Positions 47,600-61,324 of a DNA stretch of 64,000 nucleotides are shown here, piece by piece. Origin of the DNA: Eledone cirrhosa (Eukaryota). The stretch spans positions 221,588,001 through 221,652,000 of the forward strand of contig OZ024741.1 of assembly GCA_964016885.1 (NCBI GenBank), given 5' to 3'. The stretch's first letter is position 1, and each line of letters begins with the position of its first letter. Below the pieces are notes generated by a model, which saw only the letters and a list, made by a program, of their open reading frames with translations, ran no database searches and was not told the origin of the DNA. A program made the translations under genes and the position numbers.

Positions 47600-48939
47600 A
47601 TCTACCCAATATACATGAGGTAATAATATGATATAATTATAAGTAGCACATATAATAAATAATAAATAATACAATTATATACTATATAATACAATATAAT
47701 AGAATAGATAATCTCCGGTTAATTTACACAAACAATGTCACAATAATAATATAATAATAATATATTAACATTTACAATATACAATACACTAACATTTATC
47801 ATAAACAATATAAATGTACTCAAGTTAACAAATCAATTCATACTGGGTTACAGAGTAGGTGAGGAAAAATAAATTGTACAATACCTCAAAAAAATGTTGA
47901 TGGTACAGAAGTACAAATATCTTACATGATATATAAAGTTTAACATATCATAATGTTACATATAATTAACGGTAAGTAATAAGGATCAATATTACAATAA
48001 AAAATACAATATAATATAATATATTATATAAAATAAATTAATACAATATAATATATAATTACTTATAATTACAAGGTTGGTAGACAGACATGTATATGGA
48101 TGAGTGAGTAAGTGCCAGACAGTAAATATAATGCACAGTAGTATTACAAATAAAATATAAAATATCAAATATAGAATAAAATAAATAAATAGAATCAACC
48201 GGAAATTAAAAAAACAAAAACAAACGTATACATTTAGGTCTCACATGCAGTTAAGTAGTTAAGTAAAAGCTAAGGAAACAACCCCTGTAAATGACTCGAA
48301 AACCCTATTTGATAAATTAATATTAAAAATATTTAAACTATCCAATAAGGCAGTATAATATTGGCTATAGTTTAAGTCATTAAAGTTTATAAACGTTAAT
48401 ATTTCGTTCCGAAAGTTTACAAAAAGGAATGAAAATTTTTTATTATCATATACATAACGATATCCAAAGAACTGACTTAAGCAGAATTAAGGTAGGCTAA
48501 TAGGGACAGAAATGAAGAAATGTATGGAGGATGCAAAGGGGCATAAAATATAGTCGATATACTATATTACATAATAGAAAGGAGCGTAAAAGAGGGGGGG
48601 TTAAATATAATATAATCATAGTCAATTTGGCGGGGTTGACAATAAGTTTATGTCTGCATGGGGGGGAAAGGGGAGGTGTCCAAAGAAGAATCCGGATAAA
48701 AATAAAAATAAAAATAAGAATAAAATAAAATAAATAGCGTAAAATATATAATCTTATATACATTCATAAGGTGTAACAGTGAAAATTTAATGCGTAAGAA
48801 GATAGATATGGTACAGTAGCCAAAAGATTATGAGAGCTAGAATGAAGAGTCATCAAAAACCAATGATAATAATGATGATAATAATAATGTTGGCAAACAA
48901 AAGGACCTAAACTAAAAAATAAGTAATGGAATATATCAG

Positions 48940-51627
48940 CTAATGGGTACAATTTGTACTACTAGAACGTTTAGGTTTATAATAAAAGTATGAATTAGAA
49001 ATAGCATGGGGGCAAGAAGAGAATATCTCAGACTTTCTATTAAGTAAGGATGCGCTAGAGAAAATTATAGAGTGTGTCTCGAGGATACAGAGATTACAAA
49101 ACTTAGTATGTGTAGAAAGGTGGTTAGAGCGTGCTACTAAACGCCAGTTAAGGCTATATGGTATATTAGCTATCTTAAGATCCCAGACATAATGTGCTAA
49201 AGAAGTAGAATTCTTAAACTTAACATGCTTGAAATTAGAGATATGAGAGTTAAACCTAGTCTTAAAAGTGTTAGATGTAGAGCCTATATAAGTTCTATTA
49301 GAGGAATTAGTTATAACTTCGCAAGCATAGACAATGTTCTTAGAAAGGCAGTTACCGTTTAAAGGGCAGTTAGCACTCACTCTACAATTGCACTTCCGGG
49401 TGTTATTGGTTGACTCAAGTGGTGATGCATTACAGGTAGGATTGCTATTAGATAAGGACTGTTCTGGTGGTAATGCATTGCCAGATCTGTTCGGACTAGT
49501 AGTATGTAGAGAGGAGAATCCATCCCTAATTTTCCTATTGTTAGTGCTAGCTAAATGAGAACTAATATTAGGGGTGGTAGAGAATGAAAGTTTAATAACA
49601 TTTTTATTAAAAATACCATGGTATTTATGAGAAGGGGGGAAATTTTTCTCTAAGATAGAGAAGAAAGACCTAGGGATATTAGTTGATACTTCCTGATTAT
49701 ATGGCGGGTTAAAATAAGTATTTAATCGCCTTCTATTTTTATTCTTACCGACTCTACTATTATCAAATATCCCACCATCGAGACTAGGGTTACTACAAGG
49801 ATTAGTTAAAGCCGCATTCATAGAATCAGCCAAAATTTCATTAAGTCTATTACAGTTTCTACCTCCAGTAGATCCGCTGCTGTCCGGAATCCCATCATAA
49901 GGATCAGGGCCAATGATAGGATCAGTAGGAGCAACATTTTCAGAATAAGATCCAGCTAAATTATCACCAATGTGTGAGCGCTCAGGGGGTTCAACTTGTT
50001 TCCTAGAGGTATTATATTCACTATTGCAGGTTCGGTGGGTTAGCTTATGGGTGGGTTCGGATACACCTATATAATTTTTACGGTTACTATGTTTGCTACT
50101 CACATTCATGGCCATGTTATGTGATATTATGTTATTATTATTAAAAGTAGACGGAGACTTTCTAAGGTTACTATTAGTATAGTGTATTTTACTAGAGTAA
50201 CCTGAATTTGCTAGGGCATTATTATAGTACTCCGCATGTTCATTAAATGTTCCTACGTCCTTAGAGAGTGTGGAAATCCTATTAGATACACCCTTAATTA
50301 TAGAGCTTATCATAGACTTGGGGTGGTTAGAATTGGGACTAACATAAGAAAGTATTTCATTAGGCTTATGGAAGGGTTTAAAACTATTAGTGACCAAGTC
50401 CAAAGTCACACCCAAAAAGTTAACCGCTCTATCATTTCTATCTATCGTGATCGAAAGGTTATAGCTTTTAAAAAACTTATAAAGCTTCTTCTTATTATGT
50501 TCTACATTGTTGGTGCTAGAGTTAATTACAAACAATGCATCATCACGATATAGTCCGCCTGTAAGGTGCGGGAAGGTAGCATATAGTTCATTAAGGAGGA
50601 ACAACCCAACAAGATCAGTAACCTGGGCCGAATCACTCGAACCCATTGTAACGTCGAAATTGTTAGGCGTGTTTTTACGGGTCCAAAATGTGTCCTCAAA
50701 TTTAATAATAGTTTTACGGGCTGCTAGTATAATATCTACCTGTGATCGTGTAAGGCTGGACACTCTCATGGCCAACATTAAAGCTTTATTGAGGAGGATG
50801 GGTGAAATTGATGTGTAGTAGGCATCAATATCGTATTGGATAAACTTATTAGATTCAAGTCTATTAATCCCGGAGAACCAATCTATAACTTCCTTAGTGT
50901 TCCCCCATAGGTTAAAATTAACCTTATCCCTAACATCTGATATAATAAGGTCAAGGATTTTTTTACTGATAATGGCTATATCAGACTTAGAAGGACAGAT
51001 GAGTCTAACAGAGGGGTTACTAATAAAATCAACCTTATTATCCTTAAGAGTGAATCTCGGTTCTCGAGGGTAATATGGCTGGGTATACTTATCGAGGCCG
51101 AGGTCAGAGACAATTCTAAGGCCATCACTATTGATGTGGTTCAAATTCTCAAGTGTAGTTTTTTTATAGTTTCTATGCAGCTCCTTATAAATAAAGTCGC
51201 GGTAAGCACTATAATCCATGGAGTATAGATTTTTAGTCTTATCCGCCGGGACAAGAATGGACTTATTCTCACCGAAACCCTTAACAATATTTTTAAGTCT
51301 AGACTGGAACTTATCAAAATTATTATAATTTCTATGTCTATTATTTGGCCTATACCTAATATTTTTGACAAGAGAGAGTAAGTCACTTTCAAAACTATCT
51401 AACAGAATATTGTGTGGTGGGCTCTTATAAGTTTTGAAGCCATAGTTATTAAAAATAGTTCTATTCCTGGGGTCCTTCCTATTCTTATTATTATCATAGT
51501 GGAAAGCACGCCATCTAATCCTTTTTACAAAGGATTTAACACTAGCTATCAATAGTTTTTCGTAAGTATTCTTAGAGGGGGTGGGAATATTCTTCAGAGA
51601 TAAAGGCAGGTAACTCTTTGTTAGCAT
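48940..51627 (-). CDS. PLE reverse transcriptase + GIY-YIG endonuclease, 895 aa
   Basis: LKNIP, RIRWRA, ADKT, YDIDAYY, MGSSDSAQ, GLYRDD, CNCR....CPL...C, IVY..YIGST..RF..H, CNLC..E, LNRKSE....CPH. Confidence 0.95.
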   Translation of the reverse strand: MLTKSYLPLSLKNIPTPSKNTYEKLLIASVKSFVKRIRWRAFHYDNNKNRKDPRNRTIFNNYGFKTYKSPPHNILLDSFESDLLSLVKNIRYRPNNRHRNYNNFDKFQSRLKNIVKGFGENKSILVPADKTKNLYSMDYSAYRDFIYKELHRNYKKTTLENLNHINSDGLRIVSDLGLDKYTQPYYPREPRFTLKDNKVDFISNPSVRLICPSKSDIAIISKKILDLIISDVRDKVNFNLWGNTKEVIDWFSGINRLESNKFIQYDIDAYYTSISPILLNKALMLAMRVSSLTRSQVDIILAARKTIIKFEDTFWTRKNTPNNFDVTMGSSDSAQVTDLVGLFLLNELYATFPHLTGGLYRDDALFVINSSTNNVEHNKKKLYKFFKSYNLSITIDRNDRAVNFLGVTLDLVTNSFKPFHKPNEILSYVSPNSNHPKSMISSIIKGVSNRISTLSKDVGTFNEHAEYYNNALANSGYSSKIHYTNSNLRKSPSTFNNNNIISHNMAMNVSSKHSNRKNYIGVSEPTHKLTHRTCNSEYNTSRKQVEPPERSHIGDNLAGSYSENVAPTDPIIGPDPYDGIPDSSGSTGGRNCNRLNEILADSMNAALTNPCSNPSLDGGIFDNSRVGKNKNRRRLNTYFNPPYNQEVSTNIPRSFFSILEKNFPPSHKYHGIFNKNVIKLSFSTTPNISSHLASTNNRKIRDGFSSLHTTSPNRSGNALPPEQSLSNSNPTCNASPLESTNNTRKCNCRVSANCPLNGNCLSKNIVYACEVITNSSNRTYIGSTSNTFKTRFNSHISNFKHVKFKNSTSLAHYVWDLKIANIPYSLNWRLVARSNHLSTHTKFCNLCILETHSIIFSSASLLNRKSEIFSSCPHAISNSYFYYKPKRSSSTNCTH

Positions 51628-51851
51628 ACTGTCAGATATATATATATATAAAGGCCAAAATACCAGTATATATGAGGAAGCTCAACCGATCGGGAGCAGT
51701 GACAAGGGTTAAAATACTGAAGTGTGTTGGAGTTAAACACCCTCTTCGTATTATAGAAATGACAGTAAAAGGTATAGCTCAATGTAGTTAAACAGAGCCG
51801 AAAAATTAAGAGAGTAAAACAAAGAAGCCTTCAATACATCAAAAGTCTTTA

Positions 51852-51896
51852 TTAGCCGACAATGTTTCGTCCTATTAAGGACTCATCAGGGCAATT
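51852..51896 (-). ncRNA. Canonical minimal hammerhead in the upstream pLTR
   Basis: Identical to 47110-47153. Confidence 0.92.
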
Positions 51897-52409
51897 AAAA
51901 CAACAAGAAGTAATATCGGCAGATACAAGCCGGAAGCTCCGAAGAATATGGAGTGTACATACACTGAAGTATTACAAAAATATAAAATAAAAATATATGA
52001 TAAAAATTACTAAGGATGTATATAACATTAAGAACCATATTACAAATATAGTCCAAAGCAAAAAAACTAGAGCTAAACAAAGGTGGTTATATAGAGCAGG
52101 AATTATATATAATACAATATAATATACTATAATATACCTTTACCAACATTAAAATTACAATAAAAATCAAAAGATACAATATGCATATGTATATATGTGC
52201 GCACACGTACACACACATACACATACAACAATACACACATCCATCTTCAACTGCACAAATTAAACCTTATTAAGAATTTGAATATAAAAATAAGCATGAT
52301 AGGAATGAAAATAATAATAATAATAATAATAATACTAATACATCTACCCAATATACATGAGGTAATAATATGATATAATTATAAGTAGCACATATAATAA
52401 ATAATAAAT

Positions 52410-52596
52410 AATTGTTTCTACTTTTGGCACAAGGCCAGCAATTACCCAGTGTATTACTGGTACTTTATTTTATCGACCCCGTAAGGATGAAAGGCAAAGT
52501 TAACCTCGGCGGGATTTGAACTCAGAATGGCAAGGGCCGTAACTCTATGCGTCAAAGCATGGCGTCCGACCCTCTACCGATACTGCCAATCCACCG
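52410..52596 (-). mobile_element. SINE A
   Basis: Family similarity. Confidence 0.88.
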
Positions 52597-52672
52597 AATA
52601 ATAATATATATATATATATTTATACATATATATATATATATACATATATTATAATAATATATATATATATTT

Positions 52673-52717
<45 letters not shown>

Positions 52718-52765
52718 CATATATTATATATATATATACATATATTATGTATATATATATATATA

Positions 52766-53220
52766 CGTGGAGAAGTAAAATACAGAACAGACTGTTAAAA
52801 CATGATTATTTAAAATAGCACCTACGTACGTTTCGCCCGAATAGGCTTCTCAAAGGCATAATAACTAAAAAGCGTTCCTTACATGACCCGGAATGGGTTT
52901 TTAGAGATAAGTTCACGTCAAAGTTCATTCTTCGTAAAAAAAACATGTTTTGATTTGAGTTATTATGCCCTTGAGAAGCCCATTCGGGCGAAACGTACGT
53001 AGGTGCTATTTTAAATAAACATGTTTTAACGGTCTGTTCTCCTTATTTTACTTCTCCACGTGCTTACGCTCTGCTAATTCTCTCGCCCACTAGATATTAA
53101 CACTTCTAATATTTAACATTGCCGGCACTTGTATTGAGCACCCTCTGCATACGCTATTTGGCAAATAATTACATGTATCACCTATCCCTCCTTTTCTCTC
53201 TCTCGATACGTAAATATTCT
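52766..53220 (+). mobile_element. ORF-less module with about 105-bp inverted arms, each containing a variant hammerhead
   Basis: 52766-52870 versus 52952-53061; TGCC-YTTGAGAA-GCCY-attc-GGGC-GAAAC-GTAC-GTA-GGTG. Confidence 0.75.
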
Positions 53221-53259
53221 ATATATATACATATATTATATATATATATATATATACCA

Positions 53260-53334
<75 letters not shown>

Positions 53335-53335
<1 letters not shown>

Positions 53336-56110
53336 CTTTGGGAGTGTCATGTTGCCAATATGAAACACACGCACCAGGAACATTCACTCCAATTTATTAT
53401 AAAATATTTATAAATTTCCGGTTGGTTGGTTCCACAAGGGCAAATTAGAGAACATAGAAATAAAAATAGAACCTACACACAGAAAAGACGCAATGTTTAG
53501 ACTAATCACAGAGGCAATAAACATAAATGAACTCCAACCAAAATTAAATAGAAAACATGAATGGAATAGCAACATCACAACTTACAATTAAGGACAAAAT
53601 GAAAACACACACATATAGAACAAACAACCAACCAGTAACATGTAAATAAACAAATAAATAAACAAATAAAAACACACACAGACACCCGGATGTAACACAT
53701 GCGCAAACTAAGCACACAACACACACAAAAACAAGATGGCGTGGGACAGAACAAAGGAGAGGCACAAAAGAAAGAAAAGAATTCCCAGTCACTGAAGAGG
53801 TCACAGAATGTGTGAAGAAAGAACTTTGACAATATATGACCGACCGTCCGGTTATGGAACCAACCAACCAACCGGAAATTTATAAATTCTTAAATTTATA
53901 AATTGAATTCATAATAAAAGCAACTGGTGCGTGTGTTTCTTATTGGCAACATGACCCTCCAAAAGCATAACAATATATACAAGAAACTATGCTGACCAAA
54001 CTCGACCTTCATGTCTCCATGAAGAACATCCCAATCCCTCCAAGGAAACTTTACCTAAAAACACTCATCAGACGTACCGACGAGTTCATCAAGTGAATTA
54101 GAGGGAGAGCCTTCTTCCTCGACAACCCTGATGTAGCATCTACCAATGATGAGAAGTTCGGCTTCAAAACGAATGAAGCCCCACCCACCAACAGCCTACT
54201 TGAACCATTTGAAAAGACCTCTTCAAGATTATCAAAGATATCAAATTTCGTAGAGCCACCACACCATTCCAGGCCTACTTAAATACTGAATTGCGGAATA
54301 TAAAAAAATCCCCTAATCTTCATGTCTCCTCCGATAAAACCCAAAACGTTTATGAGGTAGACCCACAGACCTACAATAAGCTGGCAAAAAGTGCCATCAC
54401 GACCACCTACAAAAAGGTAATAAAGATGGCATTGACTGAGACAAACGCGGCCGGAAAAGAAATCGCCAAGTCCCTTAAATTACATGACCGAACCGAACCT
54501 TTAAGGGTAAAGAGCCCGCACTTTACCCTGAAGGACCATAAGGGAAACTTCCTCAACAAACCATCAGTCAGACTTATCAACCCCACTCGTTCAGACATCG
54601 GCTCTATCAGTAAGAAGATCCTAGATAGGGTTCTACCATCATTGCGGGTTACCTCACCACTCCCGCTCTGGAGCAGAACATCTGAGGCAATATCTTGGTT
54701 ACAGGAATTACCCGACAAACGCCACACTCGCTTCCTGCAACTCGACATAGAAAACTACTATGCTTCTATCTCGGAGCCCCTCCTGAAGGACGCAATTACC
54801 TTTGCCAGGAATTTTACCACCATAACCGATGCTGAGCAAGATGCTATCCTCCATGCCCGTAAGACCTTCCTATACCACGATGCATCTTACTGGATCAACA
54901 AGAAGTCTCAGACCCCATTTGACATCAGCATGGGAGCGAGTGACTTGGCTGAAATTACGACCTTGTGGGCCTGTACATTTTACATCACCTGAAGAACCTC
55001 TTTACTGGCCTAACCGGAGGTTTATACCGAGACGACGGCATCTTCGCCCTGCACAAAGTTAACCCCAGAACCACCGATGGGTTTCGGAGAAACTTAAGCT
55101 CGTTCTTACTCTAATCTAGGATTTAGTATAACTATAAAATCTAATATGACTAGGGCCAACTTCTTAGATGTCACTCTCGACCTAGATACTTCCCTCTATT
55201 ACCCGTACCACAAACCTAACAAGTCCCTTAGATATATTAATGTTAATTCTAACCACCCCCAAAACATCATTGATAACTTAGTAAAAAGCGTCTCTATTAG
55301 AATCTCTGGCCTCTCTGCCAATGAAGATTTTTTAACGCCCCTGCCTCCTACTACAATGACGCCCTCGCTTACAGCTGATTTAAAGGAAAGATAACCTACC
55401 TAGAAACCACCGCAAGTCTGCATAGGAGGAATAGGCATAGGCAGATTAGCTGGTACAACCCTCCCTTCAATAGAGAGGTCTCTACACCTATAATAAGGAT
55501 TTTCTTCACTTTGCTGAACACACACTTCCCCATACAACATAGGTACTACACCATCTTTAATAAGAACACAATAAGACTCTCTTACTCCACCACACCTAAC
55601 CTAGCTAGGAATATAACCAATCACAATTCTAAAAAATGAAATAAGCCAACAACCTCCGAACCCAATCCCCGGACTGGGGCCCTGTGTAATTGCCTAAATA
55701 AGGAAGCCTGCCCACTTGAAAACAAATGCCTGACAAATGATATCGTATACAAATGCGATGTCATCTCAGGCACCGATGATTGCAACAACAAAAAGACTTA
55801 CATCGGGATGACTTCCAATAACTTTAAGACCCGGTGGTATGCCCATACCCACTCCTTCAGAAGACCGGACAAATCAAACCAGACAACACTCGCCTCCTAT
55901 ATTTGGGACCTCAAAAGGAACTCCACCCCCCTTCACGCTTAAATGGAAAATACACCAGAAAGCGTGCTCATACAACGGAGGACACAAGTACTGCGACCTT
56001 TGTATCTCAGAGAACTACGAAATTTTATTCGCCAAGGGCCCGCTACTGAACAAACTCTCTGAACACTGCCCGAACTGCATGCACAAAAATTTTGCAACTT
56101 TCAAATAAGC
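53335..56110 (+). mobile_element. Decayed full-length Naiad-type PLE with upstream pLTR (hammerhead 53788-53830) and a short 5' inverted pLTR piece
   Basis: ATG at 53989 MLTKLDLHVSMKNIP; SDKT, LDIENYY, GGLYRDDG, CNC....CPL, YIGMT, CDLC; several stops and frameshifts; 53337-53433 is the reverse complement of about 53855-53963. Confidence 0.92.
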
Positions 56111-57675
56111 CAGTGTTAATGCCCGATGGCATCACAAAAAAAGTGAATTATTCGCTAGTTGCCTTCATAAAGCTACGTCTACATTCTTAGCCTCCCACAA
56201 AACTACAAAACTACAAAAAAAAAGAAAGAAACACTAAACCATTAAAAACTTGGTTTTCAGACTATATAATCAACAGGGAAAAACATTAACGGCCTTTAAT
56301 ATTGCATTATCTTATAACTATCTATAGAAGAAATAACGCTCGAATGAATGACACTTGTTCAATAACACGCTGACATGTTGATATACATAAGATAATATTA
56401 TTAACTTTGATCCATACCATTATTTCTCTATCTTTATTTTCCTATCTAAGTTTTTAATTTTAGTTTAAATATCCAACCCGTATATTTTTATGGAACTTAT
56501 TTTTAACTGTGAATCATTCATGTGTTTACATTTTTTATATTTTATTTATAATATGTATGTAATTATCTTTTGTAGGTTTTTAAATATACCTACCGTATTT
56601 TTATATCCATGATACAAATAAAGAGCAAATATCCAAACTATAAATTATTACGGACCTTATTTTGAACTCTGAATTATCCATGCATTTATTATTATTTTTC
56701 TTATATATATGTATGTATTTAACTGTAACACGTTGAAATCTATTATATAAGATTATAATCGTTATCATTTACCTAAAGTATACTGTATCACTAATACTTA
56801 ATATATATCTATATATACCTCCCTGTCTCTCTCTATACATAATTTTTAGATAACTTCTAAATTTTTAGATTATTATTTATTTTGAACTGTGAATAATTCA
56901 TGCATTTACACCCTTTTATATATAGGTATCTATTTAACTTTAGCATGCTTCAATCTATTATTTTATATTCGTTATCATTTACCTAAAATATACTGGCTCA
57001 TTAATATATCTCTATATACATAATCGTTATTTAAATATTTCTAACAATAAGTACTTCGTAAGCTTTACATACTGAAAATGTTGACATTTTTATAGGTAAT
57101 CTTCGTTAAAGTTTACATTTAGGAAAAATATTCAACAGTGTACATTTTCCTTTCGCTGGCCACGCAAATCCTTTAAATTTTATCCTCATAAAATTCAGAA
57201 GTTTAGAAATGTAAACACACTTATAGAATTTATAAAATTAATAAATATAAATAACCAGCAACTTTTTAAAAAAACCTAAAATCTTGATTCTTCACCCTTA
57301 AAATAACATAAATTAAATATTTTGAAACCTAACCGTTTAGCTTTTGGGAAAAAATCTCTTTCTGCATATATTACTCCCCTTTATCTTTCCCTCTCTTTAA
57401 ATCCTCTTTCAGCGGCCCTCATGGACAGTTATAATTCATGAGATGTTTTCCTAGATAACCATAACTTGTAGTATCCTACATTTTAAAACCTCTATAGCTG
57501 TCACATTAACCAACGTTTTTCTTACTCACACATTCTCTATTGAATTTATTACGTTTTCGCATTTTCTCATTATTAGGGTATAATCACTACCTTGATTAAA
57601 TTAACATCTATTTTATTAATATTTATATTTTAATATTTATATATATATATATAGGTCTTTTTTGTGCATTTGGTC

Positions 57676-57708
<33 letters not shown>

Positions 57709-57709
<1 letters not shown>

Positions 57710-57890
57710 GCAGTGGATTGGCAGTATCGGTAGAGGGTCTGACGCTATGCTTTGCAGCAAAGAGTTACGTCCCTTTATGGTTTGAGTTCAAATCCCGCCG
57801 AGGTTAACTTTGCCTTTCGGGGTCAATAAAATAAAGTACCAGTAATGTATTGGGTAATTGCTGGCCTTGTGCCAAAAGTAGAAACAATTA
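57709..57890 (+). mobile_element. SINE A
   Basis: Family similarity. Confidence 0.85.
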
Positions 57891-58493
57891 TTATTATTTT
57901 TATTTTTAATTTTGCCGTCTTGTATCGCTGTCAACTTAATAATTGTTTTTTATTTTTTTATTTATTTATTTTCTTAATCCTGATTTTTTATGTGACGGCC
58001 TATTATGATTATTTATTCTTATTTGTGTGTGTGCATATGTATCCTTTTATATGTGAGTACGTATGCTTGTGTGTGTATATATATGTGTGTATGTATGTGT
58101 GTGTGTGTGTATGTATGTATGTGTATATATATATGTGTATATATATATATGTGTATATATATATGTGTATATATATATATATGTATGTGTGTGCATGTAT
58201 ATATATGTATGTATATATATACATATATGTGTTGGTGTATTTATGTATGGATATATATATGTGTGTGTATGTGTGTGAATATGTGCCTCTGTGTATATTT
58301 GTGTGTATGTGTGCGTGTATATATTTATATATATATGTATATATGTGTGTATATGTGAGTGTGTGTGCATGTGTGTTGTTATATATTCTTATTTATTATT
58401 CTTCCCCCCCCCCTTTTTTTTCCTCCAACCTCACTTTCATATCTGTTATATTTTTGTTTTTCAAATCCACTGTCAATAAAGACACCAGGATTT

Positions 58494-58553
58494 TTTCATT
58501 CTGATGAATGAAAGCAATTTTGGTTGCTTTCAAGAAACCACTGGTAAATGAAA
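58494..58553 (+). ncRNA. Type-I hammerhead ribozyme
   Basis: TTTCATT-CTGATGA-aTGAAAGCAA..TTGCTTTCAa-GAAAC-CACTG-GTA-AATGAAA. Confidence 0.85.
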
Positions 58554-58701
58554 TAATTATCTTATGTTGTTTATTACATAACTAATAAGCTCTGTAACCT
58601 ACATAGAGCACTCTTTTTTCCTGGACCTTTCCGACGGAATTACTTCATTCACACACGTTTCAACAGTTGAAAATTGCAAACGTGACTGTCACCACACATT
58701 A

Positions 58702-58740
58702 TGAACCTGAAGATTGCGAAAGCATGAAAGTACTTGTTCA
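58702..58740 (+). ncRNA. Minimal hammerhead ribozyme
   Basis: TGAAC-CTGAAGA-tTGC-gaaa-GCAt-GAAAG-TA-CTT-GTTCA. Confidence 0.8.
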
Positions 58741-58886
58741 ATTAACACTAACATTTAATACTCTATCATACTATTTCATTATAATACCATTATAAATTTT
58801 AAAGGATTGTAAATAAAACGAGTAAATCAGACAAAGTTGGAATTCCTCTTATTAATATAATCTTCTATATACAATCATACACACCC

Positions 58887-58944
<58 letters not shown>

Positions 58945-58947
<3 letters not shown>

Positions 58948-61229
58948 CAGAAGGGATATTCAATTTGTTGGTAATTCAACAAATATAAATGTTTATAACT
59001 GATTCAGAGCACTGGACAGGTTTATATCGTGGCGATATGTTGCTTTTAATTGAAAACCATAGCAATTGTGAAATTAATAGGAAAAGAAAATCCATAATAC
59101 AATTTTTCAATAACTACAACCTTAAGTTAGAAATAGAGAATAACTACAAATCGTTAACTTCTTAGACGTAACCTTAAACCTTAGCACAGGTCTTTACTAT
59201 CCTGTCCATAAAATTAACGAAAATCTAAATTACGTAAGTTTTAACTCTAATCATCCTAGAAATATTAAAAACACTATTGTCAATAGCATTCAACAACGGA
59301 TTTCATGCATCTCTGCTAATAAAAATATTTTTGATGATAAGGCTGAATATTATAATGAAGCTTTACATAGAGCAGGATATTCGAATAAAATTAAATACAT
59401 TGATAACAATAACATGGAAAATCATCCTAGTATTAATTATAATAATAATAAACAATTTAACTTAAACACTAAACCAAACAAAAAAACTAGAACTAGAAAT
59501 ATTATTTGGTACTCCCCCCCTCCCATTCTCATTAAGCGTTAAAACACCTTTAGCAAAGTTATTCTTTAAAGCACTAGATAAATGTTTTCCTAAAGCCCAC
59601 AGATACCACTCTATTTTTAACAGACATACTATAAAACTATCCTACTCTACTACTATGAACATAGCACAAAATATAAATAGAATTAATAATAGAAACTTAA
59701 ATTTAAACCCTAACCAAAATAACCAAAATAGCAATAATAATATTTCTAGCAATATTCAGTATAATAGTACCGTTCCGAGTAACAACAACTCGATAAAATG
59801 TAACTGTAGAATCAAATCAAACTGACCTTTACAAAATAATAGTTTAGATAAAAACGTAGTTTATTAATGCACAGTTAAAACTAGAGATAAAATATTTAAC
59901 TATGTTGGTGCCACTTCTATAAAATTTAAAGAACGCTGGAATAACCATAATCATACATTTAAAAGATGTGATAAAAAATCTTCTACTTCACTTCCACATC
60001 TTATATGGAACTTAAAAGACAATAATATAGACTATTATATTATTAAAGCACCTGCGTACCGAAATATGGCTTTATCCAGATTCTGTAAATTGTATATCGA
60101 AGAAATTTTTTATACAATTAACTGTCAAAACTCTATTAATCTCAGAAGAGAGTTATTTTCTTCTTGCAGACATCGCCAAAATTCCACGTTCAGAACTATG
60201 TTTAATTTATAATATTCCTATAATCCTTCAAAATGATCCTTATCCTCTTTAACAATTTAAAATTTTTAATATTTTTAATATTTTAATATTTCTAAATGTG
60301 AATATCTCTAATATTTGTAATACTTTTACCTTTCAGCAAAAATTTCTTTTAATATATATATATATATATATAATTTTAATTTTTAATTTTTAATTCTTAC
60401 ATTATTTTTCTCATGACACCCTCTAAAGATATATTTTTTAGATGTAGATTGATAATCATTAACTGACATTAGAAGAATTTATCCTCTTCACGACAGTTTC
60501 TTATATAAGCACATTACGTATCTCCTCTTTTTTGATTTTCAAACATTCACACATCTTTCGACTAAAATAATTAATCTCACACTAAATAATATATAATTTC
60601 TTAAATCACTCTTCAAATTTATCGATTAACAAAGAAAATTGGAGTTATCTTTCCTTTCTCAATCGTGTAAACATATTATATACGTAACTTCGCTAAATTA
60701 ACAATATATTCAAAATATTCAAATCTATAAATTGTTCTCCTCTCACAACTTGAACCACCTATTTATTTACATAAAACACAAAATCAACTTCCCTCATAAC
60801 TCATATTAGAAATATAAACAACTAATAATTGTAAATTATCTGTATCTCTTTAATACTAATACATATGCAATTATTGATATATACAGATATGTATACATAT
60901 AACCTACTACAATATTGTAATAAGATAAATACTTACAAACATAATTCTCCATATAAGTATATACATAATATAGAGATATAGATATTCAAATTTTAAAGCA
61001 CCCAGTCCACACTGTGAAGTGGTCGTGCAGGAGACACGCTAAAAAGGGTCCCAGTCCACACTGTAAATGTGGTTGGTGTTAGGTAGGGCATCCATCCATG
61101 GAAATTCTGCCAGAGACAGTTCTGTACGAGCGAGACACGGTGTCCCAACCAATTCCCCATCGAATGGAATAAAACCGTCTAACCCATGCTACCATGGAAA
61201 ATGGAGGTTAAACGATGATGAGGATGATG

Positions 61230-61324
<95 letters not shown>

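Noticed and set aside
54094-54096. In-frame TGA in the PLE N-terminus
   Set aside because: Aligns to conserved Arg (KRIRWRA), so a CGA>TGA transition
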